IMG/VR virus record: IMGVR_UViG_3300024346_000022
Coordinates: 1 to 64,000 of that record
From: a virus
Length of the DNA: 64,000 bases
Reading direction: 5' to 3' (one strand)
In this document: piece after piece, positions 37,459 to 46,286 of the stretch
Numbering within the stretch: position 1 is the stretch's first letter
How the letters are laid out: each line of letters begins with the position of its first letter
Made by a program: the position numbers and the translations under genes
Notes under the pieces: generated by a model
What the model was told of the DNA's origin: nothing
The model's database searches: none
Seen by the model: the letters and a program-made list of their open reading frames with translations, nothing else

Positions 37459-38105
37459 GCCCTCGTCCAACCTTTATGGTGATTTCTTTTACCACAAATT
37501 ACATGATGCATAGCTGAATCGGTGAGATTATTTTGTTCGCAAAAATATTTGAGATTATTTGCGGTATGTATTTTTCCTTCCGGATCTTTCATTACCCAAG
37601 TTTTATTATCTCTTGCTACTTTTCTTTCTCGTATTTGCTCCCTTTGCTCTTCTGTAAGTTTTTTGCCAAGCATTCCTTTTGGAGATATTCTTCCCATATG
37701 TGATTTACTCATTTTTCTTTTGGTTTCTTCAGATGCTTTTCTATTTTTAGCAGAATCTGATATTTTCTTTCTAACTTCTGGTCTTTTTGCTGGGTTATTT
37801 TCGCCAATCATATTTTCACTTGGAGTAATATAATAAAACTTTTTAGAAGTTTGCCTTGCTTTGTTGGCAAAATGAGGATTTTTATCTACTTCATAAAAGT
37901 CGTGAAGAACACATTCTGCCTCAAGTGCATCTTCTACGCTATCAAAAGTTTCTAAAATGATTTTTTGAGTTGGTTTAAAAGTTTTGTCTCTAAAACTTCC
38001 AAAATAATTTATATCTTCTTCTGGAAGACATTTACATTCTCTTTTTCCAATATATCCATTACCAAACTCTTCATAAGAGTAATAGACATAAAAATACTTT
38101 TTCAT
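37455..38105 (-). CDS. Free-standing GIY-YIG-like homing endonuclease (NUMOD3 and C-terminal HTH-like)
   Basis: YVYYSYEEFGNGYIGKRECKCLPEED..YFGS; SEETKRKMS; paralogous to 4211-4861. Confidence 0.82.
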   Translation of the reverse strand: MKKYFYVYYSYEEFGNGYIGKRECKCLPEEDINYFGSFRDKTFKPTQKIILETFDSVEDALEAECVLHDFYEVDKNPHFANKARQTSKKFYYITPSENMIGENNPAKRPEVRKKISDSAKNRKASEETKRKMSKSHMGRISPKGMLGKKLTEEQREQIRERKVARDNKTWVMKDPEGKIHTANNLKYFCEQNNLTDSAMHHVICGKRNHHKGWTRA

Positions 38106-38114
38106 TCTTCTCTA

Positions 38115-38207
38115 ATCGGGTGACATAAGTATTTATACAAGAAAGGAGCACCGAAGCACTCCAATCTAACCTGAAAAGTGTCACCCGATCAGGCATTTGT
38201 ATTTATT
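38115..38207 (-). promoter_or_regulatory. Tandem late promoters flanking a candidate antisense small RNA
   Basis: AATAAATA at 38200-38207, a hairpin whose loop is 38179-38189, a cUUCGg terminator-like hairpin at 38145-38162, TATAAATA at 38130-38137, and the complementary target at 38115-38125. Confidence 0.65.
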
Positions 38208-38212
38208 ACCAA

Positions 38213-38584
38213 TCAGTCAAGATAATTTTTAAGGGATTCAATAGTTTGTTTCATATTACCAAAGAGAATACTCATATCAGTATCTTGGGCGAATCCCATA
38301 ATGACAACTGACTTCTTTAGATTTTCTCTGATTTCAATTGCTTCCGGATCATCAGATAATGATATTCTCGTATACATAATCTGCTGTTTTTCAAGAAGTT
38401 CCGTCATTTTATTAATATGTTCTATTTTTTCTTCACGAGGACCCATAGTAAATGAAAACAGTCTCTCATAAAGAGTTTCTGAAAGTTCATTAATTTCTTT
38501 TAGTTCTTTCTGAACCAGTTCAGAATTAAAAAAATTACTCATTAATAATGTCCCGCAATAGTTTTTTATAATAGAATATATCAA
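38213..38584 (-). CDS. DUF1825-like conserved protein (start probably 38542)
   Basis: FFNSELVQKE...LLEKQ..MYTR.SLSDDPEA; usual position between gp59 and gp32 in cyanomyoviruses. Confidence 0.7.
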   Translation of the reverse strand: MIYSIIKNYCGTLLMSNFFNSELVQKELKEINELSETLYERLFSFTMGPREEKIEHINKMTELLEKQQIMYTRISLSDDPEAIEIRENLKKSVVIMGFAQDTDMSILFGNMKQTIESLKNYLD

Positions 38585-39122
38585 TATGTATAAAAGGTTT
38601 ATATTTTTTAATTTTAAGAGATGTCATTTCCCATATAGGGTCTATAAGTTTTTTATCATACTCTTTAGAAAATGAAAATATTGTATCATATATTACCATA
38701 TTCTCAATTGATATATCATTTCTTAAGAATGTCTTTAGAATAATTGGATGACCCTTCGAGCAGTCGAAGACACTTTTTAATTCTTTTCCCGAGAATAATG
38801 CCGTTGATTGTTCTTTGAATAAGTAGGTTAAACTCTGTTGTCTTTTCATCCATTCTGCGTATGTTCTTTCTCCAGAATTGATAATGTGCCCGATCCATAT
38901 GCTCTGGGGATTGTCTGCCGCTATAAAGTTTGATACTAAAAAATCTACAATTTCTTTGTCATTATATTTTCTTGAAGATTTCTCGAAGAAGTATTTGTCT
39001 TTGCGTTTATTGAAAGAAGTTAGTGTTGCTCTTGTTTTTTTATATTTAAAGTAATCATATTTGGGATTACTGAAATGATTTTTCAGTCCCAAATATGCCT
39101 GATAAGTTTCAAAGGGGGACAT
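38535..39122 (-). CDS. gp59: Helicase loader gp59
   Basis: FETYQAYLGLKNHF...YDYFKY...F.KRKDKYFFEK...K.KKYKPF. Confidence 0.85.
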   Translation of the reverse strand: MSPFETYQAYLGLKNHFSNPKYDYFKYKKTRATLTSFNKRKDKYFFEKSSRKYNDKEIVDFLVSNFIAADNPQSIWIGHIINSGERTYAEWMKRQQSLTYLFKEQSTALFSGKELKSVFDCSKGHPIILKTFLRNDISIENMVIYDTIFSFSKEYDKKLIDPIWEMTSLKIKKYKPFIHIDIFYYKKLLRDIINE

Positions 39123-39451
39123 TAGATAGGCAATTTGGCTTTCGAAGTTTTCTTCATAAAATTAAGATTCATCGCATCATACTTTAATCTATCTTTTAAT
39201 GGTTTTGAGATCAGTTTAGTTACTGATTCGATTTCAATATTATTTTGTTCGCAAAACATAATAATAGCGTCGATATAATTACATTTTTCCTCAACAACTA
39301 TATTCTCAATTTCGAGTGAAAACTTGGATGGAGAAAGAAACTTTTCATTAATTTGCTTTTCTAATTGCTCGTTATATTTTTCTAAATCTGGGGGATCTAA
39401 TTTCATGTTTTCTATTTTAATCTCTAAAAGACTTTCCAAAATGTTTGGCAT
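39122..39451 (-). CDS. gp33: Late transcription coactivator gp33
   Basis: FS.EIE..V...NYIDAI..FCE.N.IE.ESV.KLISKPLK.RLKYDA..LNFMK. Confidence 0.9.
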   Translation of the reverse strand: MPNILESLLEIKIENMKLDPPDLEKYNEQLEKQINEKFLSPSKFSLEIENIVVEEKCNYIDAIIMFCEQNNIEIESVTKLISKPLKDRLKYDAMNLNFMKKTSKAKLPI

Positions 39452-39493
39452 AATTTAATGTATTTTATATTTAGTATAACTTAAAATAATGTA

Positions 39494-40174
39494 TTAGTCA
39501 ACCCCCATGAGTTCAAGTTTATCATTCACAAACTTTTTGATATACTTAACCACTAATTTCATATACTTTTTTAGGTCACTTTCTTCATAGACAACGGACT
39601 CACCATCTTCACATGCCATAATAATCACAAGTTTCTTAATTGGAGTTCCCGTCATTTCATAATATGCCATACCATAAAACATCGCTTGGACGAAATAGTT
39701 CTCAATCCACTCTCTTGGTTTTGGTTTTTTAGAAGTCTTAAAGTCAATTACAGCGAGTTCACCATCATATTCGGCAATACAATCGGTTGTTCCGGCAACT
39801 CCAAGTTGGAGACTATAAAGTGGTCCCTCAAGGCAGTGGATATTATTAATTTTATTCAGTTCCGCCTTCGCAATCTTAAAAAGAAAATCCGGCAAAGGCG
39901 GAACTGACGGCAGAGTTTTATTATAAAGGTAGTTTTCCACAAGAGAATGCATATCCGTGCCACGAGAAGTAGCCGCTTTAGTGATCTTTTGCGCCTCATC
40001 CTCACCAACCCTTTTACGCCATTTGACAAATATTTCACGATTAAAATGACTAGTAACAGAGGTGATTGAAACTAATTTTAGAAGTTTATCTCCATCAGTA
40101 ACATCATAGTAACGAACTCCATCGATTGTTTCTCTTTCGAGTTTTGGCAACTCAACATCAAGATGATTAAACAT
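39494..40174 (-). CDS. PD-(D/E)XK exonuclease
   Basis: SITSV, RGT.MH, AGTTDCIAEYDGELAVIDFKTS, YFVQ..Y. Confidence 0.85.
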   Translation of the reverse strand: MFNHLDVELPKLERETIDGVRYYDVTDGDKLLKLVSITSVTSHFNREIFVKWRKRVGEDEAQKITKAATSRGTDMHSLVENYLYNKTLPSVPPLPDFLFKIAKAELNKINNIHCLEGPLYSLQLGVAGTTDCIAEYDGELAVIDFKTSKKPKPREWIENYFVQAMFYGMAYYEMTGTPIKKLVIIMACEDGESVVYEESDLKKYMKLVVKYIKKFVNDKLELMGVD

Positions 40175-40926
40175 TAAAAACCTGCTTCTAATTTCGCAAT
40201 AATATATTCTTTGACAAGTCCAGAACGAACAATATCATCGACACCAAACTCAATTATATCAAAAGATGGCATTTTACGCAAGACCGTCATAAAATCAATA
40301 ATACCATTTCTCTCATTTGTTTTTTGTAAATCTGATTGAGACGCATCACCACAGAACATAATCTTGGAGTTTTCACCAACACGAGTGATAATGGAGTCAA
40401 GTTCGTGATATGACATATTTTGGAACTCATCTACAATAATAATAGAATTATCAAGCGTGGTTCCTCTTAAAAATGAAGTGCTCCAGAACTTAATTGTTTC
40501 TTGTGACTTAAGATTACCATAAAGCATATCGAAATCTACATCACTTGGCATTTGGAACATATACTTCACCATATTCTTATAAGGAATTTGGTAAATGTCA
40601 GATTTGTCATCATAAGAACCGGGAAGAAATCCAATTTCTCTTGTGGCAACTAACGAACGGACAAGATAGATTTTTTCGTAAGGTGTTTTTTCATCTAAAA
40701 CCTCACGAAGAGCATTATAAAGAGTGATGAAAGTTTTACCAGTACCGGCACATCCATAGGCAACTAAATGTTTCTGTTCCGCATAAGAATCAAAAAGTTT
40801 TTTTTGATTGTCTGTAAGTGGGTCAATATCTATTAGATATTCACCATTTAAAGGTTTTTTACGCTTTGCTTGACGAGTGGTAAGACCAACACCGATTGGT
40901 TGCTCTGCTCTTTTTCTTCTTGCCAT
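40174..40926 (-). CDS. phoH: PhoH family ATPase
   Basis: GCAGTGKT, REIGFLPG, FLRGTT, DEFQN, TRVG, GD..QSD, DIVRSGLV. Confidence 0.95.
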   Translation of the reverse strand: MARRKRAEQPIGVGLTTRQAKRKKPLNGEYLIDIDPLTDNQKKLFDSYAEQKHLVAYGCAGTGKTFITLYNALREVLDEKTPYEKIYLVRSLVATREIGFLPGSYDDKSDIYQIPYKNMVKYMFQMPSDVDFDMLYGNLKSQETIKFWSTSFLRGTTLDNSIIIVDEFQNMSYHELDSIITRVGENSKIMFCGDASQSDLQKTNERNGIIDFMTVLRKMPSFDIIEFGVDDIVRSGLVKEYIIAKLEAGF

Positions 40927-40932
40927 AAGTGG

Positions 40933-41175
40933 TTAGAGTTTTTTTACAGTTGATCCTGGCATCTTTTGGGCACGACCCAAAACATCGTTCCACGAAGGGT
41001 GCTTGGCGGTTAATTTGTCCCGCCAATCCCCCGCTTCTCCAACATTCATTTGTGTTGGAATAAGAGGTCTAATATAAGGATTTTCTTTGAGATATGGTTC
41101 TTTTTCTGCCATATACATCCATTTCTCGAAGATTTCTCCTGTTTCTGTATTCTCAAATCTATAAGTCGGGCACAT
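40933..41175 (-). CDS. Conserved small protein (FmdB-like N-terminus)
   Basis: MCPTYRF.N.ETGE..E; usual position upstream of phoH. Confidence 0.65.
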   Translation of the reverse strand: MCPTYRFENTETGEIFEKWMYMAEKEPYLKENPYIRPLIPTQMNVGEAGDWRDKLTAKHPSWNDVLGRAQKMPGSTVKKL

Positions 41176-41199
41176 AAGGTATAATAATTTACAAAATAT

Positions 41200-41955
41200 T
41201 TAGGGAGCGAGACGCGCTTTGTGTAATCTGCGATCTTCATAATAACCAAAGATTTCTGGAACCCATTCTCTCATTACTGACACCATTCCTTCACTTAATG
41301 CTTGGATTTCTACTTGAGCGTCTAACTTTGCTCTTAAGTCCAGAAAGTGTAGGGCAGAACGAAGAGAAAATGTAACCACAAAGTTCTGGCGAATATTTTG
41401 AGGAAGATAGTCTCTTAAATGTTCTTCTGCCATACCCCGAGTATTATAACCCTCCGCAAACCTCTCAGATGCCGCCAGACAGAACTTTAACTGCCTTTCG
41501 TAGTCATTCTTCGTCCATTCATACTTGTGCCCTTTACGGTCAAGGTAGAGACCTTCTGGACGCACATAGAAGACCTCTTCGGGTTTAAGTTCTCCTATAG
41601 CAACCTTCAGTACGCGACGACCAGTATATCTTTGCGATTGTACGTCAAAAGAAACTCCAATACGATGAGTTCTTGCCTGAACCATTACATTATGAACGAA
41701 CCCAACACAATCCAAAGTAATGGAAGGATGCTCTAATGGTCCCCAGTGCCCTCTTTCATTCGCAAGCAGGTGCTCTACCGCCCACTCACCACATTCCTTC
41801 TCATTTGGAGGAAACTTGGTGTGAATTGGTTCTTCACTATAATCATTTTTACCTGCCTGCCATACAAGAGTTTGTGGAAGTTGTGTCTGACGGATCATCA
41901 CAACCTGCATACGATGATCCAGTTCCAGAAGGTCTTTTGCTTTAATCGGTTTCAT
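41200..41955 (-). CDS. thyX: FAD-dependent thymidylate synthase
   Basis: GHWGPLEH, QARTHR...SFDVQSQRY, E..R..LP, LHFLDLR...AQ.EI. Confidence 0.92.
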   Translation of the reverse strand: MKPIKAKDLLELDHRMQVVMIRQTQLPQTLVWQAGKNDYSEEPIHTKFPPNEKECGEWAVEHLLANERGHWGPLEHPSITLDCVGFVHNVMVQARTHRIGVSFDVQSQRYTGRRVLKVAIGELKPEEVFYVRPEGLYLDRKGHKYEWTKNDYERQLKFCLAASERFAEGYNTRGMAEEHLRDYLPQNIRQNFVVTFSLRSALHFLDLRAKLDAQVEIQALSEGMVSVMREWVPEIFGYYEDRRLHKARLAP

Positions 41956-42116
41956 TTTCCAAATCCTTTTGATGTTTTTGTCTCAAGAATTGCCAGTTCT
42001 TCCTTAATCACCCGCAATTGTGATTTCATTTGTTTCAGTTGTTCGTCACTATAAAGATGATCCTGTCTAATCAGTTTCTCTAAAAGTTTTACCAGTTGCC
42101 GTGCTCTCTTACTCAT
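41952..42116 (-). CDS. Small hypothetical protein (54 aa)
   Basis: MSKRARQLVKLLEKLIRQDHLYS...SKGFGK, ATGA-coupled to thyX. Confidence 0.65.
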   Translation of the reverse strand: MSKRARQLVKLLEKLIRQDHLYSDEQLKQMKSQLRVIKEELAILETKTSKGFGK

Positions 42117-42259
42117 TCTCCAAAAACCTCATCATAATCTTCTTCTAATGGAACAATATCAGATATTTTATATGTCTCGTCGGTTAAAATCTCTACCTTA
42201 AGACTATCGAGAAGAAGTTCCATATTTCTCAAAATCAATTTAATTTTATCTCTATCCAT
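42113..42259 (-). CDS. Small hypothetical protein (48 aa)
   Basis: MDRDKIKLILRNMELLLDSLKVEI...DYDEVFGE, coupled to the next ORF. Confidence 0.65.
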   Translation of the reverse strand: MDRDKIKLILRNMELLLDSLKVEILTDETYKISDIVPLEEDYDEVFGE

Positions 42260-42281
42260 TTAACGAGTTCATACTGTTCCT

Positions 42282-42319
42282 ATTATACAAAAAAAGAGAG
42301 AATTAGTCAATTCTCTCTT
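42282..42319 (-). promoter_or_regulatory. Overlapping intrinsic terminator and sigma70 promoter
   Basis: Hairpin aagagagaatt-gact-aattctctctt plus T-run; TTGACT (42305-42310)-17bp-TATAAT (42282-42287). Confidence 0.7.
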
Positions 42320-42358
42320 AAAAACCTTTTGGGGAGATTTTTTCGCCCTTCTGGGAAA

Positions 42359-42727
42359 TCACTTTCGCCTTTTTCTTTCGGCTGGTTTATAACCCCACGA
42401 TCTTGGATTTATTTTTCCACATCCAAAATCAATTTTTTTAATCACTCCGGCACCAAACTTATCATAATACATATCAAAGATACTTACTCTCTTTCCTCTA
42501 CATAAGTCCAGATGCTTTTTGCCATCAATTTCATAAAATACAATATAGGCATCACTTGGATAATTGGGAGACCTCACATCATCAACTGAACCATCAGAAA
42601 CTAATACCTCACAACTATATTGTGGTGGAAGTGACTTTTTTTCTTCGGGGGACCAGTTCATTAGTGTTTCCGTATTTTTTTCTCTCTCAACTACATCACG
42701 AAGTCTACTCACGAACGACCTCCCCAT
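42359..42727 (-). CDS. Conserved hypothetical protein
   Basis: IFDMYYDKFG...G.INP..WG motif. Confidence 0.65.
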   Translation of the reverse strand: MGRSFVSRLRDVVEREKNTETLMNWSPEEKKSLPPQYSCEVLVSDGSVDDVRSPNYPSDAYIVFYEIDGKKHLDLCRGKRVSIFDMYYDKFGAGVIKKIDFGCGKINPRSWGYKPAERKRRK

Positions 42728-43305
42728 TTAATATCGGGATATGCCTGTGAGACAATCTCTTTTGTTATCTTATATTTAGTTTCGAGTTTCTTATCTTTGA
42801 CAAGAAAAAGGATTTCTGCCTCAAGAGGATGAAGACCTTCGAGAACATTAATAAACATCGTTTCTCTACGAAGAGAACTCAATCCATCATTTCCACCCTT
42901 GATGAAATTATAAAACTTTGTATATTCTTTGCGAATAGATGATCTTCCCTGATCTTGTGATCCCAGTGATCGGGAATTAAGTTCTTCCATTTTACCAACG
43001 GCATCTTCAATTTTGCCGGATAGTGTTCCACTAAAAGAACCTTGTTCCCCAACACTTGAGTAAGGAACAATTCCATCGGGAAGAGATGATTTAATACTCT
43101 CATCAAAGTTCCAAATTAGAATGGACTTTAATGATGGGTCTTCATATCGTTGAAGAACCTCAACTTTCTTTAGATTAGTTCTTTGTTTTGATACAAGATT
43201 AAGAACCTCAAAGACAAATGGGTTCGCTGGAAGACTATCAACTGCAGGTACGGATTGCGATACCTTTGGTTTTGTAATTGGTGTTTTTGCTTTTGTCGCG
43301 GTCAT
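42709..43305 (-). CDS. Conserved T4-like phage hypothetical protein
   Basis: LIWNFDE...LP.G.VPY...RRETMFI..LEGLHP.EAE. Confidence 0.7.
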   Translation of the reverse strand: MTATKAKTPITKPKVSQSVPAVDSLPANPFVFEVLNLVSKQRTNLKKVEVLQRYEDPSLKSILIWNFDESIKSSLPDGIVPYSSVGEQGSFSGTLSGKIEDAVGKMEELNSRSLGSQDQGRSSIRKEYTKFYNFIKGGNDGLSSLRRETMFINVLEGLHPLEAEILFLVKDKKLETKYKITKEIVSQAYPDIKWGGRS

Positions 43306-43344
43306 AGTTATTTTATTAAATAATAAGTTGAAAATATTTAGTGA

Positions 43345-43614
43345 TTATTCTTCATCATCATCGTCATCATCGTCATCATCATTAAACAGACCCCCATATT
43401 CTTGTTGAAATCCTTCATAAAAATCTGGCGAAACACTTAAAGAAACCACTTCATCAGCGATCAAGTTTCCGTCTCTATCAAAGAGTTCTGGATGCTGTCT
43501 GGGTATCTCACGATAATTCATCATATACTCTCTGGAAACCCATCCAATCAGTATTCCCACAACAAAAAACATTATGATAATGAACGAACCGAAAACTAAA
43601 CTTGTAGCTAACAT
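43345..43614 (-). CDS. Small membrane protein with acidic tail
   Basis: N-terminal TM segment, HPE.FD.DGN, poly-Asp tail. Confidence 0.65.
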   Translation of the reverse strand: MLATSLVFGSFIIIMFFVVGILIGWVSREYMMNYREIPRQHPELFDRDGNLIADEVVSLSVSPDFYEGFQQEYGGLFNDDDDDDDDDEE

Positions 43615-43635
43615 TTGTTTTCTCCGGTGAGGAAG

Positions 43636-43812
43636 TTATTCGATCTTACGAGTTTTGATCGATAATTCAAAGTAGATGGTTATTTCTTTCTTAAAGAGAA
43701 GAATTAACTTTTCGTAAATAATACCAAAAGGTTGCGATTTCTTTTGTTTTCCTCCGCTTAATATTAACTCAATACCACGATTTGGTGTGATATTGTTATT
43801 TAGGTTAGACAT
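43636..43812 (-). CDS. Small hypothetical protein (58 aa)
   Basis: MSNLNNNITPNRGIELILSGG..., coupled to the glutaredoxin stop codon. Confidence 0.55.
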   Translation of the reverse strand: MSNLNNNITPNRGIELILSGGKQKKSQPFGIIYEKLILLFKKEITIYFELSIKTRKIE

Positions 43813-44078
43813 TAAACAATATGATTTTCCTGAAGGAACTTAACCGTTTCTGAAGCTCCTCCTAATTTTTTATCATTACAGATAACTTGAGGGAATGTGG
43901 AACCTTCACCAAACTCGGCATAAAACTCATCTGCTGTAAAGTGTTCTTCAAGATTATACACCACAAAGTTACTTCCTGTCAACTCAAGAACTTTCTTAAT
44001 CTTGTGACAATATTGACAATTTTCTTTAGAATATATGGTAAAGTTCATATTTTTATTAAGTAAAAAAGTATTTAACAA
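43812..44078 (-). CDS. nrdC: Glutaredoxin (start probably ~44049)
   Basis: IYSKENCQYC, TFPQV, LGG. Confidence 0.88.
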   Translation of the reverse strand: MLNTFLLNKNMNFTIYSKENCQYCHKIKKVLELTGSNFVVYNLEEHFTADEFYAEFGEGSTFPQVICNDKKLGGASETVKFLQENHIV

Positions 44079-44081
44079 TCA

Positions 44082-46286
44082 TTATAACTTAAAATCTTCT
44101 AAATTTTTATTTTGTCCCTTTGTCTTCCACCAATTCATAATTTCATCATGACATTTTACATTTAACCAATTATCAGTTGTCCCACTCCAAGTAGAATTAA
44201 AAGAAACATTTTCAACAAATAATGGAAAAGTATAAATTCCTCCTTGAATTCCTTCAAAAGGAGAATAAATTATATTTTCCGCAGAAGGGAGGCAAAACCA
44301 ATAAGCAAATACTCCAATACAATTGAAAGTTCCTTCTCTTTCTCTAAGTTCTTTATCAGTTCCTTTATATTCTAAATGAATATAATCATCTGGATAATAA
44401 TTTTTTATTAAATTTTCTGCGTGTTTTCTACTGATTAAGTATGCACAGCAAGACCAATCACACCAACACCGGTCTCTCAATTTGACTTCTGGATTAAAGA
44501 AGCAAAACATATCTTCCCTAATTAAACATAATTGAACAATATTCCAATTCTCTGGCAAAGAATTAAAAAATTTATCCCAAGTAAAGTTCCAATATTTTAC
44601 AGTATCAAAAGTAAAATCATCTTCACAAATGATTGTATATTCTTCATCCGTACTTTCATACCATTCTCTAATTGCTTTTAAATGTGAAGTGACTGGACCG
44701 TTACTAATGTGAGCAGTTAAAGGTCCCTCAATAATTTTATGATCTTCATCACTATATCTTTTGTAAATATGGGGTGTTACATTAGAAATTCCATATTTTT
44801 CAAACATTTCATAAAGAACATCTCTACGTTCTTGAGATTCTTCAATACTAATAAAATTAACTGAAGGAAAGTTTTTTAATTTTTCAGTAATAGTAATCTC
44901 ATTGGGGACTTGAAAAATCCAACATTTTTCTGCTGTTTCAAATCCAGAAAGTTCTTCATTTACAGCTTGCTTAACTCCAGGAAACCAATCAGTTCCTTCA
45001 ATATAATAATCATGTCCAGCAAGTATTCCTCCAGGTTTTACTTTAGGTAACCATGCTTTAATATCTTCTTTTACATCTTCATATTCATGAGAACCATCTA
45101 TAAACACAAAATCCAAGGAATGATCCCCGAATCTAGATACTGCATCTAATGATTTCATTTTTAATGGGGTGTAATAAGATTCAACTGGTTTCATATTACT
45201 CAAGAATATATCATACAACATAGAAATTTCTGTATTATTTTTATGTTCTATGCTTCCTTCCCAAGTATCCACACAATAAAAATCAATATTCTTATTAGAA
45301 TTTGCAATTTCTACTGCCATATATGCAGAAGATTTTCCTTTCCATGAACCAACTTCTACGAATTTACTACCGGAAGGAAATTTTTCAACCATAGACTTAT
45401 ATAAATTTGGATAAGAAAACCACTCTTCTCCAAATTCTGAGTTTTGGCATATGTGATTAATTGTATTGCTATGAGGTAATACTTTTAGATTTAAATCATC
45501 TAAATTTTTATCTCGACCTTTTATTTTCCACCAATATTTAACATAATTAGAAGAATCAATTTGAGACCCTTTGTGAGTTTGTTCAATAAAATGCTGATAA
45601 AAAGTTGATACAAAGTTTGTATTTTCATAAAATAATGGAATTGTATATGCATCCATATTTGCTAATGAAAACAAACAATACTCTATGCAAGGAATTACAT
45701 CATAATCTTTGATTTTTAGATAATATTTATTTTCTTGATAAAAATATTCAATTAATTCTTTAGCATAATTTCTTCTAATTAAATAGGATCCAGCAGACCA
45801 ATTCCACCATTCCCTTTGATTCAATTTCATATCATTATCTTCAATCCCATGTTCCTTAATTAAAGATAATTGAATTGCTTTCCAATTTTTTGGTAGGGCA
45901 CTTACAAAATCTTGCCAAGAAAAATTCCAATCATCTACAGATTGTATTGACATATCATCTTCAAAGAAGATTGCATACTCAGAATCTGAACTATTGTACC
46001 ACTCTCCAATTGCTTTTAAATGTGAAATTGCTGCTGCAATTCCACCAGAGTCCATTTGATGAAAATAAACTCCATCAACAGTATCATTTTCTATACAATA
46101 ATTAATTTTTCTACCATCATATGCTTCGATCATTTTTACATTTACAATTTCATTTGAAAGAAATTGATTTTCAAATGATTGTTGTCTATTAATAGAATCA
46201 CTTAAAGAAATATAATAAACTGGTGGAAAATTAGTTAATTTGTTTTTCATTATTAGTCCTCCGTATCGAAGAAAAACATTTGCCAT
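44082..46286 (-). CDS. GT25 glycosyltransferase / class I SAM methyltransferase / GT25 fusion
   Basis: Two domains with YISL...R, SHLKAI..W, EDD and YLI.R..A; middle domain FVEVGSWKGKS...DFVFIDGSH.YE.V..D...W.PKVKPGG..AGHDY. Confidence 0.8.
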   Translation of the reverse strand: MANVFLRYGGLIMKNKLTNFPPVYYISLSDSINRQQSFENQFLSNEIVNVKMIEAYDGRKINYCIENDTVDGVYFHQMDSGGIAAAISHLKAIGEWYNSSDSEYAIFFEDDMSIQSVDDWNFSWQDFVSALPKNWKAIQLSLIKEHGIEDNDMKLNQREWWNWSAGSYLIRRNYAKELIEYFYQENKYYLKIKDYDVIPCIEYCLFSLANMDAYTIPLFYENTNFVSTFYQHFIEQTHKGSQIDSSNYVKYWWKIKGRDKNLDDLNLKVLPHSNTINHICQNSEFGEEWFSYPNLYKSMVEKFPSGSKFVEVGSWKGKSSAYMAVEIANSNKNIDFYCVDTWEGSIEHKNNTEISMLYDIFLSNMKPVESYYTPLKMKSLDAVSRFGDHSLDFVFIDGSHEYEDVKEDIKAWLPKVKPGGILAGHDYYIEGTDWFPGVKQAVNEELSGFETAEKCWIFQVPNEITITEKLKNFPSVNFISIEESQERRDVLYEMFEKYGISNVTPHIYKRYSDEDHKIIEGPLTAHISNGPVTSHLKAIREWYESTDEEYTIICEDDFTFDTVKYWNFTWDKFFNSLPENWNIVQLCLIREDMFCFFNPEVKLRDRCWCDWSCCAYLISRKHAENLIKNYYPDDYIHLEYKGTDKELREREGTFNCIGVFAYWFCLPSAENIIYSPFEGIQGGIYTFPLFVENVSFNSTWSGTTDNWLNVKCHDEIMNWWKTKGQNKNLEDFKL

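Noticed and set aside
39494-40174. Cas4-like nuclease as a sign of CRISPR
   Set aside because: This is the standard PD-(D/E)XK exonuclease of the phoH-gp33 block; it lacks the four-Cys cluster pattern and there is no array.
40174-41955. phoH and thyX as novel auxiliary genes
   Set aside because: Both are routine core genes of cyanomyoviruses in their usual synteny.
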